Shown: piece by piece, positions 1 to 12,439 of the stretch | Layout of the letters: every line of letters starts with the position of its first letter | How positions within the stretch are numbered: the first letter of the stretch is position 1 | Origin: Haliotis cracherodii | Lineage: Eukaryota | Assembly: GCF_022045235.1 (NCBI RefSeq) | Contig: NW_027266286.1 | Span: forward strand, 42,160,001-42,224,000 | DNA length: 64,000 bases | Direction: 5' to 3' | Notes under the pieces: generated by a model | Database searches by the model: none | The model's input: the letters and a program-made list of their open reading frames with translations, nothing else | Told to the model about the DNA's origin: nothing | Translations under genes and position numbers: made by a program

Positions 1-566
1 CTCCAGTAAGAACAACATGAATAGCTGTATTTGTCTATCAAATAAAATGTCAGGCTGGTTCGGCCCATGGCAAGAAATTGAAGACATACAGAACTCAGAG
101 GTCGAAAGTACCAGATTGGCCCATGAGCCACCGCCTTCTGGCGTAAGACTCTAGGCAATGTTTTCAATCCAAAAGTGAGAATTAATTCAAGTAATGCATG
201 GCCAAGTCCAAAATATACATTAAAATACAACACAGGTGTGCATACACAATATTACGCACAGGGCCTGGCGTGACCAGCCGATTGATAAGACCGGGCCCAT
301 CTTACCACCCGTCTAGGCGAAGTAAGGGTCGAAGTAGTGTGTTGGGCAAAGGAACACAGTTCCAGGAACCAGTGCCCTCAACTACCAGACTCCCGTCCTC
401 CGCCGACACAGGGACGCAACCCACGGCAAACAGGTTGCCCATTTTAGTCGCCTCATACGACCAGCAATGGGAGGCTGTGGAAATATTCTGCCCCGGTTCC
501 ACACGGGGGAAGAGCTATTAGCGTTACCCAGCACTCACCACGGGGAGGTTGCTCTTCACGAGTGCC
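1..566 (-). mobile_element. 5' UTR / 5' end of a probable non-LTR retrotransposon (I/Nimb group) inserted into exon 3 of gene copy A; the element continues beyond the left edge
   Basis: Similarity of copy A to copy C stops abruptly at 567 (tcaaaatgttg, cf. 28330). Bases 1-566 are GC-richer and non-coding and carry the gtcgtatgaggcgactaa motif I recall from I/Nimb-type 5' UTRs. No ORF or second TSD is visible in the window. Confidence 0.6.
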
Positions 567-3029
567 TCAAAATGTTGAATTTTGGGTCCGGTTCATTAAT
601 GGGTTCAATGTAGGGTGGCATCTGTCCTTCGGTGAAGTCGTTAACGCCTTGCACCATCAACATCACCAACTCTGCAGCAGCATCGACGTTGTTGGGGAAC
701 TGACCTTCATGTTCAGACTGGTTCATCCAGTTCGGCCAGTTTAGAGCTAAAATTAATAATACAACGGAACAGGACACTGATTGATGAATGAAATATCTCA
801 GTTTCTTCTTCTGAATCACGTCTGTCAGTTTTATGATGCTTATTCCTTCTTAAAAATATATTTTTCCTCCACGAATCATTATCAAGAAAAAATAAATGAG
901 TCCCCTATGCTTTTCGACCGTCTTGTCTCTTATTGTCTCTAGTTTTGCGAAGCACCTAATTTTGGCAATAAATGGTATAAATCATTGGAGAGTATTGTGT
1001 AAGTTAACTTCATTAAACAGTTCCTTTTTACACCTAACGGTGTTAATATTGCATGTTTTAATTCGAAATTTTATGTAATGTCCTTTCTCAACAACATTTA
1101 CTACAAATATATCATATCTCGCCCGGACAAATAGTGCAATATTCATTTGATGTTTTGAAACAAATTTTAATGAAACAGTTATGTGCAACGTTGTATCCTG
1201 GTATAATTTGATAACTAAAATTACATGTAGCATTGTAAGTTTAATGCGTTTGGGTTAGAGTAAAACTTAACTATACATTTATTCGTTTCCAAAGTTGAAG
1301 TGCTTCACAATTCCCCAACAATGATGCACTATTCGTTCTCAACAAGACCAAAGAATTCCTTACAATACTGTGGAAAAATGTTTTGCGTATTGGACTGTTT
1401 TAATCATTGTATTTTTCTATCTTTTCCTCAGTGCATAAATACTGTCGTACCTCTCGAACTCATGATCACGTCGTTTTCGTAACCACTGTTTATGTTAGCA
1501 AGGTACAAGGAAAACAGTTCCTTCTGCTTGGTGGCATTCTTCAAGTAGTTGGGATCTGGATAGCCACTTCTGTTGGGGTCCTCTGGCCACTGAATTTAAT
1601 ATTCCATCAAGAAAACAGTTAGGAGAGAAACATAATGTGTCTTCCAATTTGAAGATGTTATAGAGTATTTACACCTTCAAATAACATTTATCATAATTTT
1701 TTGAGCATCGTGTACACATTACCATCCGCACATCTTTAAAACATGAAATCTACAACATTAAAAATACAACAGCAGTCTATTTCTAAGTATATGCAATGTG
1801 CGAATGGTATGGTGTCAATGCTTCCACGACGAATTTTCCCTTCTTGAAAGGAGAAGGAAACAAATAATGATAGCGGTATTGTAAGTCGGATGCTCAGTGC
1901 CACATTTTCCAAAATCGGATTATGATACCCATCAACAAAGTATCCATTCACTGTGTGAAAAGTTCCGAAGTTCGGGGTTCAAATCCCATTTAACAATGTT
2001 TTTCAACCAATCAGATTGCAGCACATGCTCCCATGCTTTCTTTTACAATGTATAAATTAATTTCAGCAAAATAGCTGAAATCATGAGATGCAGAACTCCT
2101 TACTATGTTTAGTGGTTGTGAAGAGACTGCAGTTGTTTAAGAAGTTAAAAGACTTCATGGATAGACATTGACTGTTTAAATTACTAAGACGACCGAAAAC
2201 AATTAACGTTTACACTGTATTCTCATTTCAAACTATTGTGTCATTAACCTTTTGTTCAATATTACTCAAAAAGAAAAGAAAAGCAAAACGGATATTTTTT
2301 GCCATAAGTAGGTAAGGTGGTAATTAAGGCAACATATGCCTGAACTGTCAACATATTATGAGAAGAGATAACCATGTGAAATGAATAGATTCCATAACTG
2401 TATAATTCTCACGGGATCATCAACATGTTCATGTTCAACAGGTAAGTAAGTGGTATCTGGTATTAAGTATAATATAATAACACATCTTGGAAAAGATTGT
2501 AATATAGCCCATTGTTATTTCAGCGCCCGCCGTCAGTTCGAATGCTCCGACAATTGGGAATAGTATATTCACTTTTATTATCACTGCTAAGGCCTCAATA
2601 TAATGAAATTATCACCATAATTTGCTTTCTCTCAACAGTATTTCTCGTTGTTGAAAATTAATTTATACCAATACATTGTCTCACTGATTTGCTTTCAACT
2701 TGATAGTGCCAAATATATCTTTGAACAATACTAGTGACAACTTTCAATATTAAGTAATATATTCAGTATTATTCAAAGGTTGATCTTACGTCTTGGAAAA
2801 GGCGATCATTATAATCTCTGTTATTCCAGCGTCCACTATCAGTCCGAATGCTCCGGCAGTTTTGAATGAGGGATGTGCTATCCAGACCATTGTGTTTGTT
2901 CCACCTGTTACTGTCATAGCGAGCACTACCTCCCTGTGCCAACCATTGAGGGTGGATCGTTACCGTCGCCTCACTGTATAGACCATCTATTGACAGGCTC
3001 AAAGTGAAACAGACCAGTGTCCATTTCAT
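567..3029 (-). pseudogene. GH86-like beta-porphyranase/agarase copy A, interrupted in exon 3; exons 3029-2790, 1589-1451, 746-567(broken)
   Basis: Near-identical to copy C. Exon 1 MKWTLVCF...RLFQD|gtaaga; exon 2 cag|WPEDPNRSGYPDP...IMSSR-G|gtacga; exon 3 tag|ALNWPNW...YIEPINEPDPKFNIL then foreign sequence and a stop at 556. Confidence 0.85.
2483..2565 (-). pseudogene. dead 3' half of an exon 1 (IPNCRSIRTDGGR*NNNGLYYNLFQD) inside intron 1 of copy A
   Basis: Translates like the exon 1 C-terminus with an in-frame TGA and a lost donor. The same relic occurs at about 31420-31503 in copy C. Confidence 0.8.
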
Positions 3030-4309
3030 TTTCTGTGCAATGTAAAGTGAAGGTTTAATCAAATGAGCACTGGATTGTGACCTTAACGAAAACGACATAT
3101 CTGACTATATTGATATAATGTCAATGAAGCAACAGATACATACAGTTGTTCAAATGATCAAGTATTATCGCAAGTAAAACATAAACCCAGACGAAAGAGA
3201 CGTAATGATATTACAGGTATTTTTGTGGATAACAACTTTCCTATTATTTGCACCAACGTTTCAGGGCTACATCCTGTCTCATCATCAAATAGTATTTGTG
3301 TGTGAGATATTATAAACATGCATACATGCTAATTTGTGTATTCCGGGTAGACTACTGTTCAAAGATAATGTATACGCTTTAACACATTGCACCTGAAGAC
3401 GTCGGGAAACGTGTTACAATATTTGACAATTTGTTGGTTCAGACTCAAAACCCTGCATGTCTTCATATTCTTCCAACATTTAAATTGTTTTTAAAAATAA
3501 CCATGGACGTAGAGTACATGTTAATGATATTGTAAAGAACAAGCTTCCCAAAAAGATGCAAAAATTATGAGTGCAGCCCTTATTTAGAAACCGTAGAGAC
3601 AGGAAATTAAGATCCTGATCGGAAACTAATTCATGACACATCCGGAACGTGAGCTGCAACGAATTATTTATTAAAAAAAACACATAAGCAACTCACGTGT
3701 ATGAAAAAGAGACAGAAAATAGTGGTGCTTTGGGGTCCCAATAGACACACCATCTATTCAAGTATTGCCTTTTCATAATGTCAACTGCCTGTCGATTATT
3801 TCATTTGATTCCTTTTGCCAGGAGTTGTCGGATTTTAAGCCACGCTATTAATTCTTGATACGACCCAAGCTGTTTGACCCCACATTCATATGGCAACACG
3901 GATGTCTCTATACTCACATTAAGCATTTCCCAAATCTACCTGGGTATCAACACACTGCCTTCTTACAAGGTTCTGTCGACACTCAATAGCTGCGTGGCGA
4001 CCAGTTTTATACATTGTCATGATATCTTCTTATCGTATCTGGTCAAGAATTTGAACGTGCGTTCCTTTGGACCAGATGGTTGTTTCAGTCAGTTTTCGAC
4101 TTACCTTATCGCTACATATACTCCCCTTAAAAAGAAACACATATGCCGTTTTCAATAGATTCTTTCTGTGGCGTTTACAAACTTTAACGGATAGTTTTTT
4201 GCATGGTTTCATACAGCATGACAGAAGCAAAGCCTAGTAGCATGTGTATTCGCCATTGTTAAGGACTTCACGACACTTCCTGCTTAACAAACCAAGAAAC
4301 CTGCGGATA

Positions 4310-4872
4310 ATACAGTGTGTAATGGCAGCTCATACTTCTCACTTGCCAAAACAATTAATATGCTTATAAGATTGGTAGAATTGTATTCCACATAGTGTGT
4401 CAATGCATATGATCAAGGACACTTACAGTTAACCTAAATAGCAGACATAAGGTGGCGTCAAGAACTGATATATTCCCTATGTTCGTCAATGGTAAAGATG
4501 CACCACTAAAATATCGAAATGTTTAAATTACGAACATTTAAGAATTCAATTTATTCTCATTTCAAATATTCATTGTTGTCAGTTCATTATTCAGATACAC
4601 ATGAAGTAACACGTCTGTAATGTACTTTAAATATTTTTTGTGAAACGGGATGTGGGGGCAGTAAAGACATACATTGAATTAATTGAATTTGTTTTTTTGA
4701 TATTGATGAATCTGAGCTTGATCTAAATAGCAAAGGGTCACTGAATTCGTGAAATGGTTGTATTAAATGAATATATACCATTAAATAACCATTATGACTT
4801 TTCAATTTAATACTGTCAAATATCTCATTGTTTATTAGATCTCACGTCTTGGAAGAGACGATCATTATTATC
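4310..4872 (-). pseudogene. relic of another family member (intron 1 plus the extreme 3' end of exon 1)
   Basis: tctcacgtcttggaagagacgatcatt at about 4840-4866 is the exon 1/donor junction (DRLFQD|gtgag). Flanking DNA resembles intron 1 of copy D (37600-37800) and of the 18.5-kb pseudogene. Confidence 0.65.
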
Positions 4873-5249
4873 AATTACAACCCTTACTGTTCACATTTGT
4901 TATATTGACCTTATAAATGAGATTAAAATTCAATACTTCACTCTCTGCGTTACGAAAATTCGCAAAGAATGCCTTGCTAATGGTGTTTCTTGTCTCACTG
5001 CTCGGAATACCCAAAATATCAGTCATTTGTACTTTTTTTGTAAACTATATGAAAAACATTTTTAATATGTATGATTATTTTATTGAAATGTGAGCATGAC
5101 ATTCTTATAACACACCCATACATTTCGTCATTATATCTGCATCTCCAAAAATTGTTCACTTGCTTTTGATATTACTATGTGATATAACATTATAAGAGTC
5201 CTATTCAAAAATCATAATTAAGCACTTATGGCTTTTGTCAGTTTCTATC

Positions 5250-5560
5250 TGCCCCGACCACAGCTACCGCCAACGCCAACGTTTACGCCCCCGCCGCATT
5301 TTGTTTTGAGAATAAGTTGTCAACATCAAGGTATATGATTATGATATATCATATATGCGACATATAGGTCTGGGGAATTCGTTTGACGCATGGCATGTTG
5401 AGGTCAAGGTCAAGGTCACTGAAATGTCACTCACATGCTTAAACATCGTTAGTAACTTTCCGAGTGAGCCGTTAGTTCAAATGTGACAAAATGTTGTATA
5501 TTTCATCTCTACACTAAGGTTGCGAGCCAAGTCACTTTTGACGGAAATCGGTCTGATGCT
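5250..5560. repeat. probable non-autonomous Helitron/HINE-like or MITE fragment
   Basis: cgccaacgccaacg microsatellite and ggtcaaggtcaaggtcactg motif, which I recall as typical of mollusc non-autonomous elements. Boundaries are approximate. Confidence 0.35.
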
Positions 5561-5984
5561 CAATGTCCGTCAATGTACGTAGTTCCTGGCATGATTATGG
5601 AAATGGTTTATCAGGATCAAGGTTATGATCAATTGATGAAACACCAAATAACATGAATTTAAATGGTTTTTCAGAAATATGTGAACAAACCTTTTAGATG
5701 CAGCTGTCTAAGAATATATTGGCAGTAGTTATGGTCATTGTTAATTTTGCAAATCAACCGTGTGAGAGTCACCGTTTGAACACTAGGTTTTGCAGTTTCA
5801 ACTTTTGACATTTTTTATCATTACTGACTCTATTTTCCAAAACAAATACTATATTAAAATTGTTTTTCAAAAATACAATAATTGCATTTCTTTATATACA
5901 GAGCTTTTAGATCGATTTAGATAAACGAACACCAGCAATTGCAAATGCAACACCTGGTGTACCGCAGCGTGACTATTCTGTCTC

Positions 5985-6195
5985 AAAAGTGGCGCGATAG
6001 TGGCGTGAAATTCGTGCAATAGTGCCGTGAAATTGTCCCGAAAGTGGCGCGAAGTGCCGCGATCTTGTCAAATGTTATCGCGAAAATGGCGCGAAAGTGT
6101 CTCGAAAGTGGCGCCATAGTTTCGCGATAATGTCTCAACTGGCGCGATAAATCTGCGTTAGTTTCGCAATAGTGGCGAGAAAGTTTCGCGAAAAT
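5985..6195. repeat. degenerate ~11-bp GC-rich minisatellite (agtggcgcgaa/atagtggcgcg)
   Basis: Roughly 18 imperfect units are directly visible. They explain the repetitive SRH ORF at 5983-6264. Confidence 0.75.
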
Positions 6196-6674
6196 AGGTG
6201 AAGTTACTTTTGAAATGTAGTGCATGAACCCAAGGGGTAACGGCTGGTGTTTATTTGCCCACAATTATATGATATCCTTGTATTGAAAGTTATGCATTAT
6301 GTTTGGAAAACCTGTTTAGAAATACACATGTACTATTTGATTTTTGGAAATAAACTAATTACACAATCACAACACTGAGGGTTGATGATGCAATTTGGTG
6401 TTACATTTGCAACTGTTAGTGGTCATTTGTCCCAAATAATCTGATATATCTGTGTATGCAATTGAGATTTTGGGAAGCCTGTTTCAAAATAACATGTGTT
6501 TAATAAAGAAACTAGGTATCATTCATTTCAGGAGTTAACACTAAGGGTTGATAGTGTAACCCCAAATGTCCAAATGGTGACACTAGAGGTTACATTTCCA
6601 CCTGTCAGTGTTCATTCGCCAGAAATGATCTAATATCTGCCTTTAGAAAGTTGTGCAAGTGTGTTTTTGAACAG

Positions 6675-8300
6675 CTGTTAAAATAATAATTACTTCGATT
6701 AAAAGTGCAGAGAAAGACATGTTTTATTAAGCCTGAAGGCAAGAAAGAGCATCTGAAAAAAACTATGAATTGTTTATGTTTAGTTTGGCTGTTGATATAT
6801 GTTAGTGCTGTTAAAATAGCATTTGCTTCTTCTGTGCAAATAGAACAGTTATCAGGTAATGTGGATGAGATAGTCCTGCATCCAATGACAGTGGCGCTGG
6901 CAACAACGTCACCATCCATGGATCATATTTAAATATAGATTTGTAAGTATAGTATGTCCTTCGTAATTCATTATATTCTTGTTGATAAACTATTGTATTT
7001 GTGTCAGATTTCTTCAGTTCAGCTAATGTTAGGTCCACCTCTGTCTTCGCGGGATTGGATTTACTAGAACGTAATTTAGAGATATACTGAAATTTAATGT
7101 GACGTTCTTCAATGTCAGCTTCCACATACAGACTGTAAATAGACGATGTTCTAGAGGCTCCAAGGCAGAGCCTCAGGCTTTCATGATGAACAGTTGTTTA
7201 ATCACGAAGAACACAATGGCCGGTGCTAGTGCAAAAGCGGCTCTCAACAAATCTGTGATACCACATTTATTTCATAGAGTGATTGGAAACATGTAATTGG
7301 GTGTCGAGATCGGACGCAAAAGAAGTGGGACACCCAAGTAGGTATCTTTAAATAACATGAAATTAAACCAAATATCAGTTACCCCTACTTGGGCTGTCAG
7401 TCCAGATTTGAAGAGGTCATTATGCGACGATGTCGTATTAGCCACAACACATATACCCATGAATATATTTTGAAAGGTGAAGATCCTCCGTTTTGTATCC
7501 CTTGTGATGAATGAATCGCAGGCTAACATGTCCTGCTTGACTGCATTGATTTTTCCATCACAAGAGAACAATATTGCAGTGTAAAAACAGTCAAATACCT
7601 TTTCAGTCATGTACACTATCATTTAATATTGTGCTTTTTAAACGAAATAGAATTAATTCATAACTTTGTATGTACAAAGTGTTTTAATTATATATTGGCA
7701 GTGCTAATTAATAACTCAGATTGCTGGTGGCTGTAACCTCGGGCGGAGTTGAAGTAACAATAAAGTATTGTCCCCCCTAAGAGGGCATGTATGTTCAACA
7801 TTCATTCAACATTATGCATGCCAGACTTTTAAATGTAGTATTTTCGTCATTTTAATCTTTGGCTTAACTGGTAAACTATCGCCAGTGACTGAAGGTTGAT
7901 GTATATCCTGCCGGGGTCCATGCAGGAAGCAAAGGTACTGTAAGTCTCCATGGTCCCTAATATTGTGGACCGGTGAAAATCCAGGGTAGAATAGGTCTTC
8001 AGCAACCCATGCTTGCCATATTGGCGACTATGCTTGTCGTAAGAGGCAACCAACGCGATCGAGTGGTAAGGCTCGCTGACTTGGTTGGTGCATGTCATCC
8101 ACCCAATTGCGCGGATCGATGCTCATAATATTAATCACTGGATTGTCTGGTCCAGATTTGTTAATTTACAGACAGCCGTCATATAGCTGGAATATTGCTG
8201 AGTGCGGCGTTAAAAAACCAACCAACCAACCAACTCTAGTATGCTGATCTCCCTTTAATTACTGACGATCTCTAGCCCATTTTTATATTGTGTTGTTAAC
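6675..8300. mobile_element. decayed I-group LINE 3' fragment with a 5' inversion: 6675-7195 minus (connection/RNase H), 7205-8300 plus (ORF2 C-terminus and 3' UTR)
   Basis: Minus part encodes LRLCLGASRTSS..SLYVEAD, DGDVVASATV..LPDNCSICTEEA, FIVF..SCLQA. Plus part encodes AKAALNK, WDTQVG, EYILKGEDPPFC. Both match the LINE at 21151-26280. Confidence 0.85.
7968..8232 (+). mobile_element. short non-autonomous retroelement (family 1, pseudoknot head, (aacc)n tail) nested in the LINE 3' UTR
   Basis: gaccggtgaaaatcc...ttcagcaacccatgcttg...gtcgtaagagg...gctggaatattgctgagtgcggcgttaaaaaaccaaccaacc; multiple copies in the window. Confidence 0.8.
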
Positions 8301-8696
8301 TAATGATGCTTCTTATGACAAGCTTAGGTTACTATGTCCTAAGAATATCAATAACCTGTTGAATCAAGCAAATAAACGTGCCAATACTCCCATAGAGTAT
8401 TACACAAGATCACCCGTGTCTTCAATACACCTGCTTCTTATCAGGCTTGCCCCACAAACTCGTCATGCGTTGGCCAATATTATTATTTTTCAACATATTT
8501 TCTTATCATGTTTGTCTGACATAAAATCGGATGATGGTCACGTGCGTTTCTTTTGTCCTTGATCCTGGTTAGTGTCTTGCTGGACTAGTTGTCAGATTGC
8601 CTATTTTATTATCATCGCGCTTTTTTAAAAGGCAAAGATCCTCCAATAAAAATAACGCGCACGTACAGACCAACCTGTCTCCTTTCATAACGAGGA

Positions 8697-8960
8697 GGGG
8701 TTAGGGGTGGCCCAGACGTCTAAGGCGCCGCGATTCGCTTTGCAGAGTCGCTTGGGCATGCCAGAAACCTATGATTGTGGGTTCGAATCCCGGTTCGTCC
8801 CGATTATGTTTCTAGGTTTGTCAGCACCAGACCCGTGCTCGTGGGGTTCACCGAAGTGTTAAACGTCAAAGACCTGCATCACTTCGGGCTTTCCACCCGC
8901 TTTAAGCTGACACGCCGTGATATAACTGAAATACTTAAACCCAACTTACTAACTCACTCA
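8697..8960 (+). mobile_element. tRNA-derived SINE (family 2)
   Basis: A-box tggcccagacgtctaagg, B-box ggttcgaatcc, actcactca tail. Homologous copies at 31131-31415 and 51849-52072. Confidence 0.8.
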
Positions 8961-9367
8961 TCACGAGGAATTATCCTTATTCGGTATTTATGTCAAACCC
9001 TTCATGAAGTCCGAGTTTGTCAAACCTTTAGGAATGGCATTTGCACAGTGTCAACACTGAAAGCGACTTTGAAGTCTGATACTGTGTTTAGTTCGTGAAA
9101 CTGTATTCTTCATATTGTCGCTGCTTCACATAAACATAATTCACAGGGAAAGGTACACCTGCATATGTATACTGTCGACTGACCTTAATTGTAGAACGAT
9201 AGACACATCTTTATATCCATACCATAGTCGAATGACATTTTTTTGAAATATAGTAATAATGACATGAGACTCAATGACGCCAAATCATATATTTAAACGC
9301 TGGTAACATAGTTTCAGCATACATGTATTTTGAACTTGTTTAACTATGTCAATTATAGTTGTCAAAA

Positions 9368-12300
9368 TTATCCTTCTGATGCATTATCAGATGACACAAG
9401 CTTGGCTGTGACAAGCGCAACTGAAGAAACATACCCCACTGTCATGCTGTCAGAGAAGTGGAACTGTACCAGGTTAGACCCCATGACAAAGAGGGAGGTA
9501 GGGACAGCAAACTCCCAAACTTCCCAATAGGTGGTGCTGTTAAACTTGTCGGAATCATACAGCTTATAGAACGAGTCAAGGGGGTTGAGGTTAAAGGTAA
9601 CATACGATACATTGTTTGTTTCATTGATCGGCCAACTGGTTGAAACTCTTAATCTTGCACTGTGGTATTGGCCATTTGGTAGATTTATGTCAGTCAAAGC
9701 GATTTTTTCTTTGATTGGTACAAGAATATCAGTGCCGTAGTATGTAGTTTCGTTGAGAGTGACAGTAGGTAGTTGGTCTGAGGGGGTCTTGAATGTCAAG
9801 TGACATGTTGCCTCAGGGGGAAGTTCAAACATTCCTTGTGTCTTCTGAATGTTAAAGGGCTCGTTGAAGGTCATGATCGGATACCATTCGTCCTTGATGG
9901 TGATGCAAGTAGCTTCTCCCCTGGCTGGTTTCATCCATTCGTCCTTAAAGTCAAGCTTGACTGTTTGCAACTTCTGAGAATAGCTATGTAAGAGAATGAC
10001 GGTTTCGTTATGCAGGGAACTGGACATTGCTAAGGGAGACACGGTTCGTTCCTGTCCATTATATTGGCTGGTTGTTCTGATAAAAGAATAGTCGGACGAG
10101 AATTTGTACCAAAATTCAAAGACGTCGACAATGCGTGTAGCGTTTCCTTGAAGAGTGAAAAGTGACCAGTTGAGACTATCATGTCCTGGATATTTTTCAT
10201 TGTCTAACCGAAACACCACTGTTCTGTCAATGTATTCCCTTAGACTGAGTTGAGTGAATCGGTGGGCATTGCAATGGTATATTGTTGAGAAGTCTACTAT
10301 ACCTGATGGAGCAAATTTGTCAATTCCTAACACAATATCGCGGCCATATTCACTGATAACAAGGGGGATAATCTTCCCTTTCTTCTGAGAGGCATAACTT
10401 TCAACCAAGTCGACAAATGCTATAAGACGTGCTTCATTCATGCCAGTGAGATTGTGAGATTTGCCTGTCACGATGAGTGAATTGTACGAATGAAAAGAAA
10501 ATGCATCTAAATAGTCTAATGTGACGTCCATGAAATATGCCACTTGTTTCCAGTACGAAAAGTCGTTTCTATCTGCTGACCCCGTTTCGCCGTCAAGTGT
10601 AGGCCCAAACACTTTGATGTTAAATCTGGCATGGAGTTTCTCCGCAACTAATTTGTGGAAGATGGCAACAGTCGTAAAATTCCAGATGTCAAGCTTAGCA
10701 TCCGGTTCATTTATGGGCTCGAAGTAGGGTGGGATCTCTCCTTTAGTATAGTCATATACTCCTTGCATCATCAACACTATGAACTCTGCAGCAGCATCGA
10801 TGTTGTTGGGGAATTGACCTTTATGTTCGGACTGGTTTATCCAACTCGGCCAGTTATGAGCTTAAACCAATGATATGATGGAACATGAAACCAACATACA
10901 AAAGAAATTAAAAACATCTATGTGCTTTCGATAAGAATATGTTCAATTGTGTTTGATGTGTTTCCTTTTTAAGAAACATAATAATTGACCAATCTGATTA
11001 TTATGTACGGTGGAATAGATTGTGTGTGCTAAATTGCTTTTAGGCATTTGCCTCCAAATATACTTCTCCACCTTTGACAGTGGCATTTGTTTGTTTTTCA
11101 TGATATGCAAAACTGTTTCTCATAATGTGTCAAGGATATTTTAAAAAAAAATGACATATCTGATCAAAAGTTGAATAATATACATTAAATGCCTCTGCAA
11201 ATCTCCCATAATTATTTTTTTACAAACAAATGCATCAATGATTATGGAGTGTTGGTCTTTCAATTTACTCGAGTTGTATGATGTGGTAGGACGCGCTCAC
11301 CTGCCCAGTGAATGAGTAGCCTATATTTTGTTCAAACTGTTCTTGTGGTAAAATGTTTGCGACAGAAATACAAATCTGAATACACATAAGATCTTCCGTT
11401 TTAAATATACTTATTAAGCTATTAAATTGTCTTACCTCTCGCCATCAAGATCATTTCATTCTTATAACCACTATTAATGTTAGCAAGGTAGTTTAAGAAG
11501 AGTTCCTGCTGTTTGGTGACATTCTTCAAGTAGTTGGGTGCAGGGTAGCCACTACGGTTTGTGTCCTCTGGCCACTGTATAATTGATAAATGAAAATAAC
11601 GGTTTGTTATGATCTATATATGTCAACGCAAAGACTTGAAACGTTATGGATAACAACTTCTTAATTGTTTGTAACAACGCGCCAGGGTTACGTCTTGTCC
11701 CTTAATCATCAAAGACATGAAGAAACGTTATGGATATTAACAACTTCGGTATTTTTTTCTCCAAACAATATTTTAGAGGTTATAGTTGTTCAACTCAGCA
11801 CTCAGGAGTACTTCAGCTATATATGGCGCCAGCATGTGAATGATCGAGTCTAGACCAGACAATGTAGTTATTAATACTATGAGCAACGATCCACGCCAGA
11901 GGCGTACATTGACACGCCATCCACCAAGACAGCGAGCCTGATCAACCGATCCATTAAGTCGCCTCTAAGCTTACGAACCCCTTAGGTTGTTACGGACTAA
12001 TGCTGACCCAGAATCCACACGTATAGGCTCTTCAAGTAATAATTGTTAATCCTAATACAAAAAGGCATAAACCACTGCCATATGTATTAAGTACAAGGAC
12101 AAAACAAAGAATCGCATTAGAAAGAAAATCTCACATCTTGGAAGAGACGATCACTATCATCTGGGTGTATCCAGCGCCCACTGTCAGTCCGAATGCTCCG
12201 ACAGTTTGCGATAAGGGACTCCTTTTCCAGGCCGTTATGCTTGTTCCACCTGTCACTCTCATAGCGAACTCTACCTCCCTGTGCCAGCCACTGAGGGTAG

Positions 12301-12374
12301 ATCGTCACCGTCGTGTCACTGTTCACACCGCCTATTATCAGGCTCAAAGTGAAATAGACATGTCTCCATGTCAT
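9368..12374 (-). CDS. secreted GH86-like beta-porphyranase/beta-agarase, copy B (623 aa); exons 12374-12135, 11574-11436, 10860-9368
   Basis: Signal peptide MTWRHVYFTLSLIIGGVNS. GT-AG junctions at phase 0 and phase 1 give one open frame of 1872 nt. Clan GH-A motifs YFEPINEP, DAFSFHSY, PLVISEYG; C-terminal beta domain ARLRVS...GSNLVQFHFSD...GYVSSVALV. In-frame upstream ATGs (e.g. 12407) are possible starts. Confidence 0.85.
11800..12022 (-). mobile_element. family 1 short retroelement, diverged, in intron 1 of copy B
   Basis: ctcagcactc..cagctatatggcg..cgagtctagaccagacaat..gcgagcctgatcaaccgatcc..agtcgcctct is the reverse complement of the 7968-8232 family. Confidence 0.7.
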
Positions 12375-12439
12375 TGTTACTGGAATGTAATGTATCATTG
12401 TCTTCATGTAGAATTGAAATGATGTACTGGTGAGCGAGA

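Noticed and set aside
438-509. Canonical HDV-like ribozyme call
   Set aside because: No P3/L3 or P1.1 arrangement between the candidate P2 strands. Kept only as an unclassified structured motif.
5985-6195. CRISPR-like or coding repeat
   Set aside because: Degenerate ~11-bp tandem units with no spacers, in a eukaryotic context.
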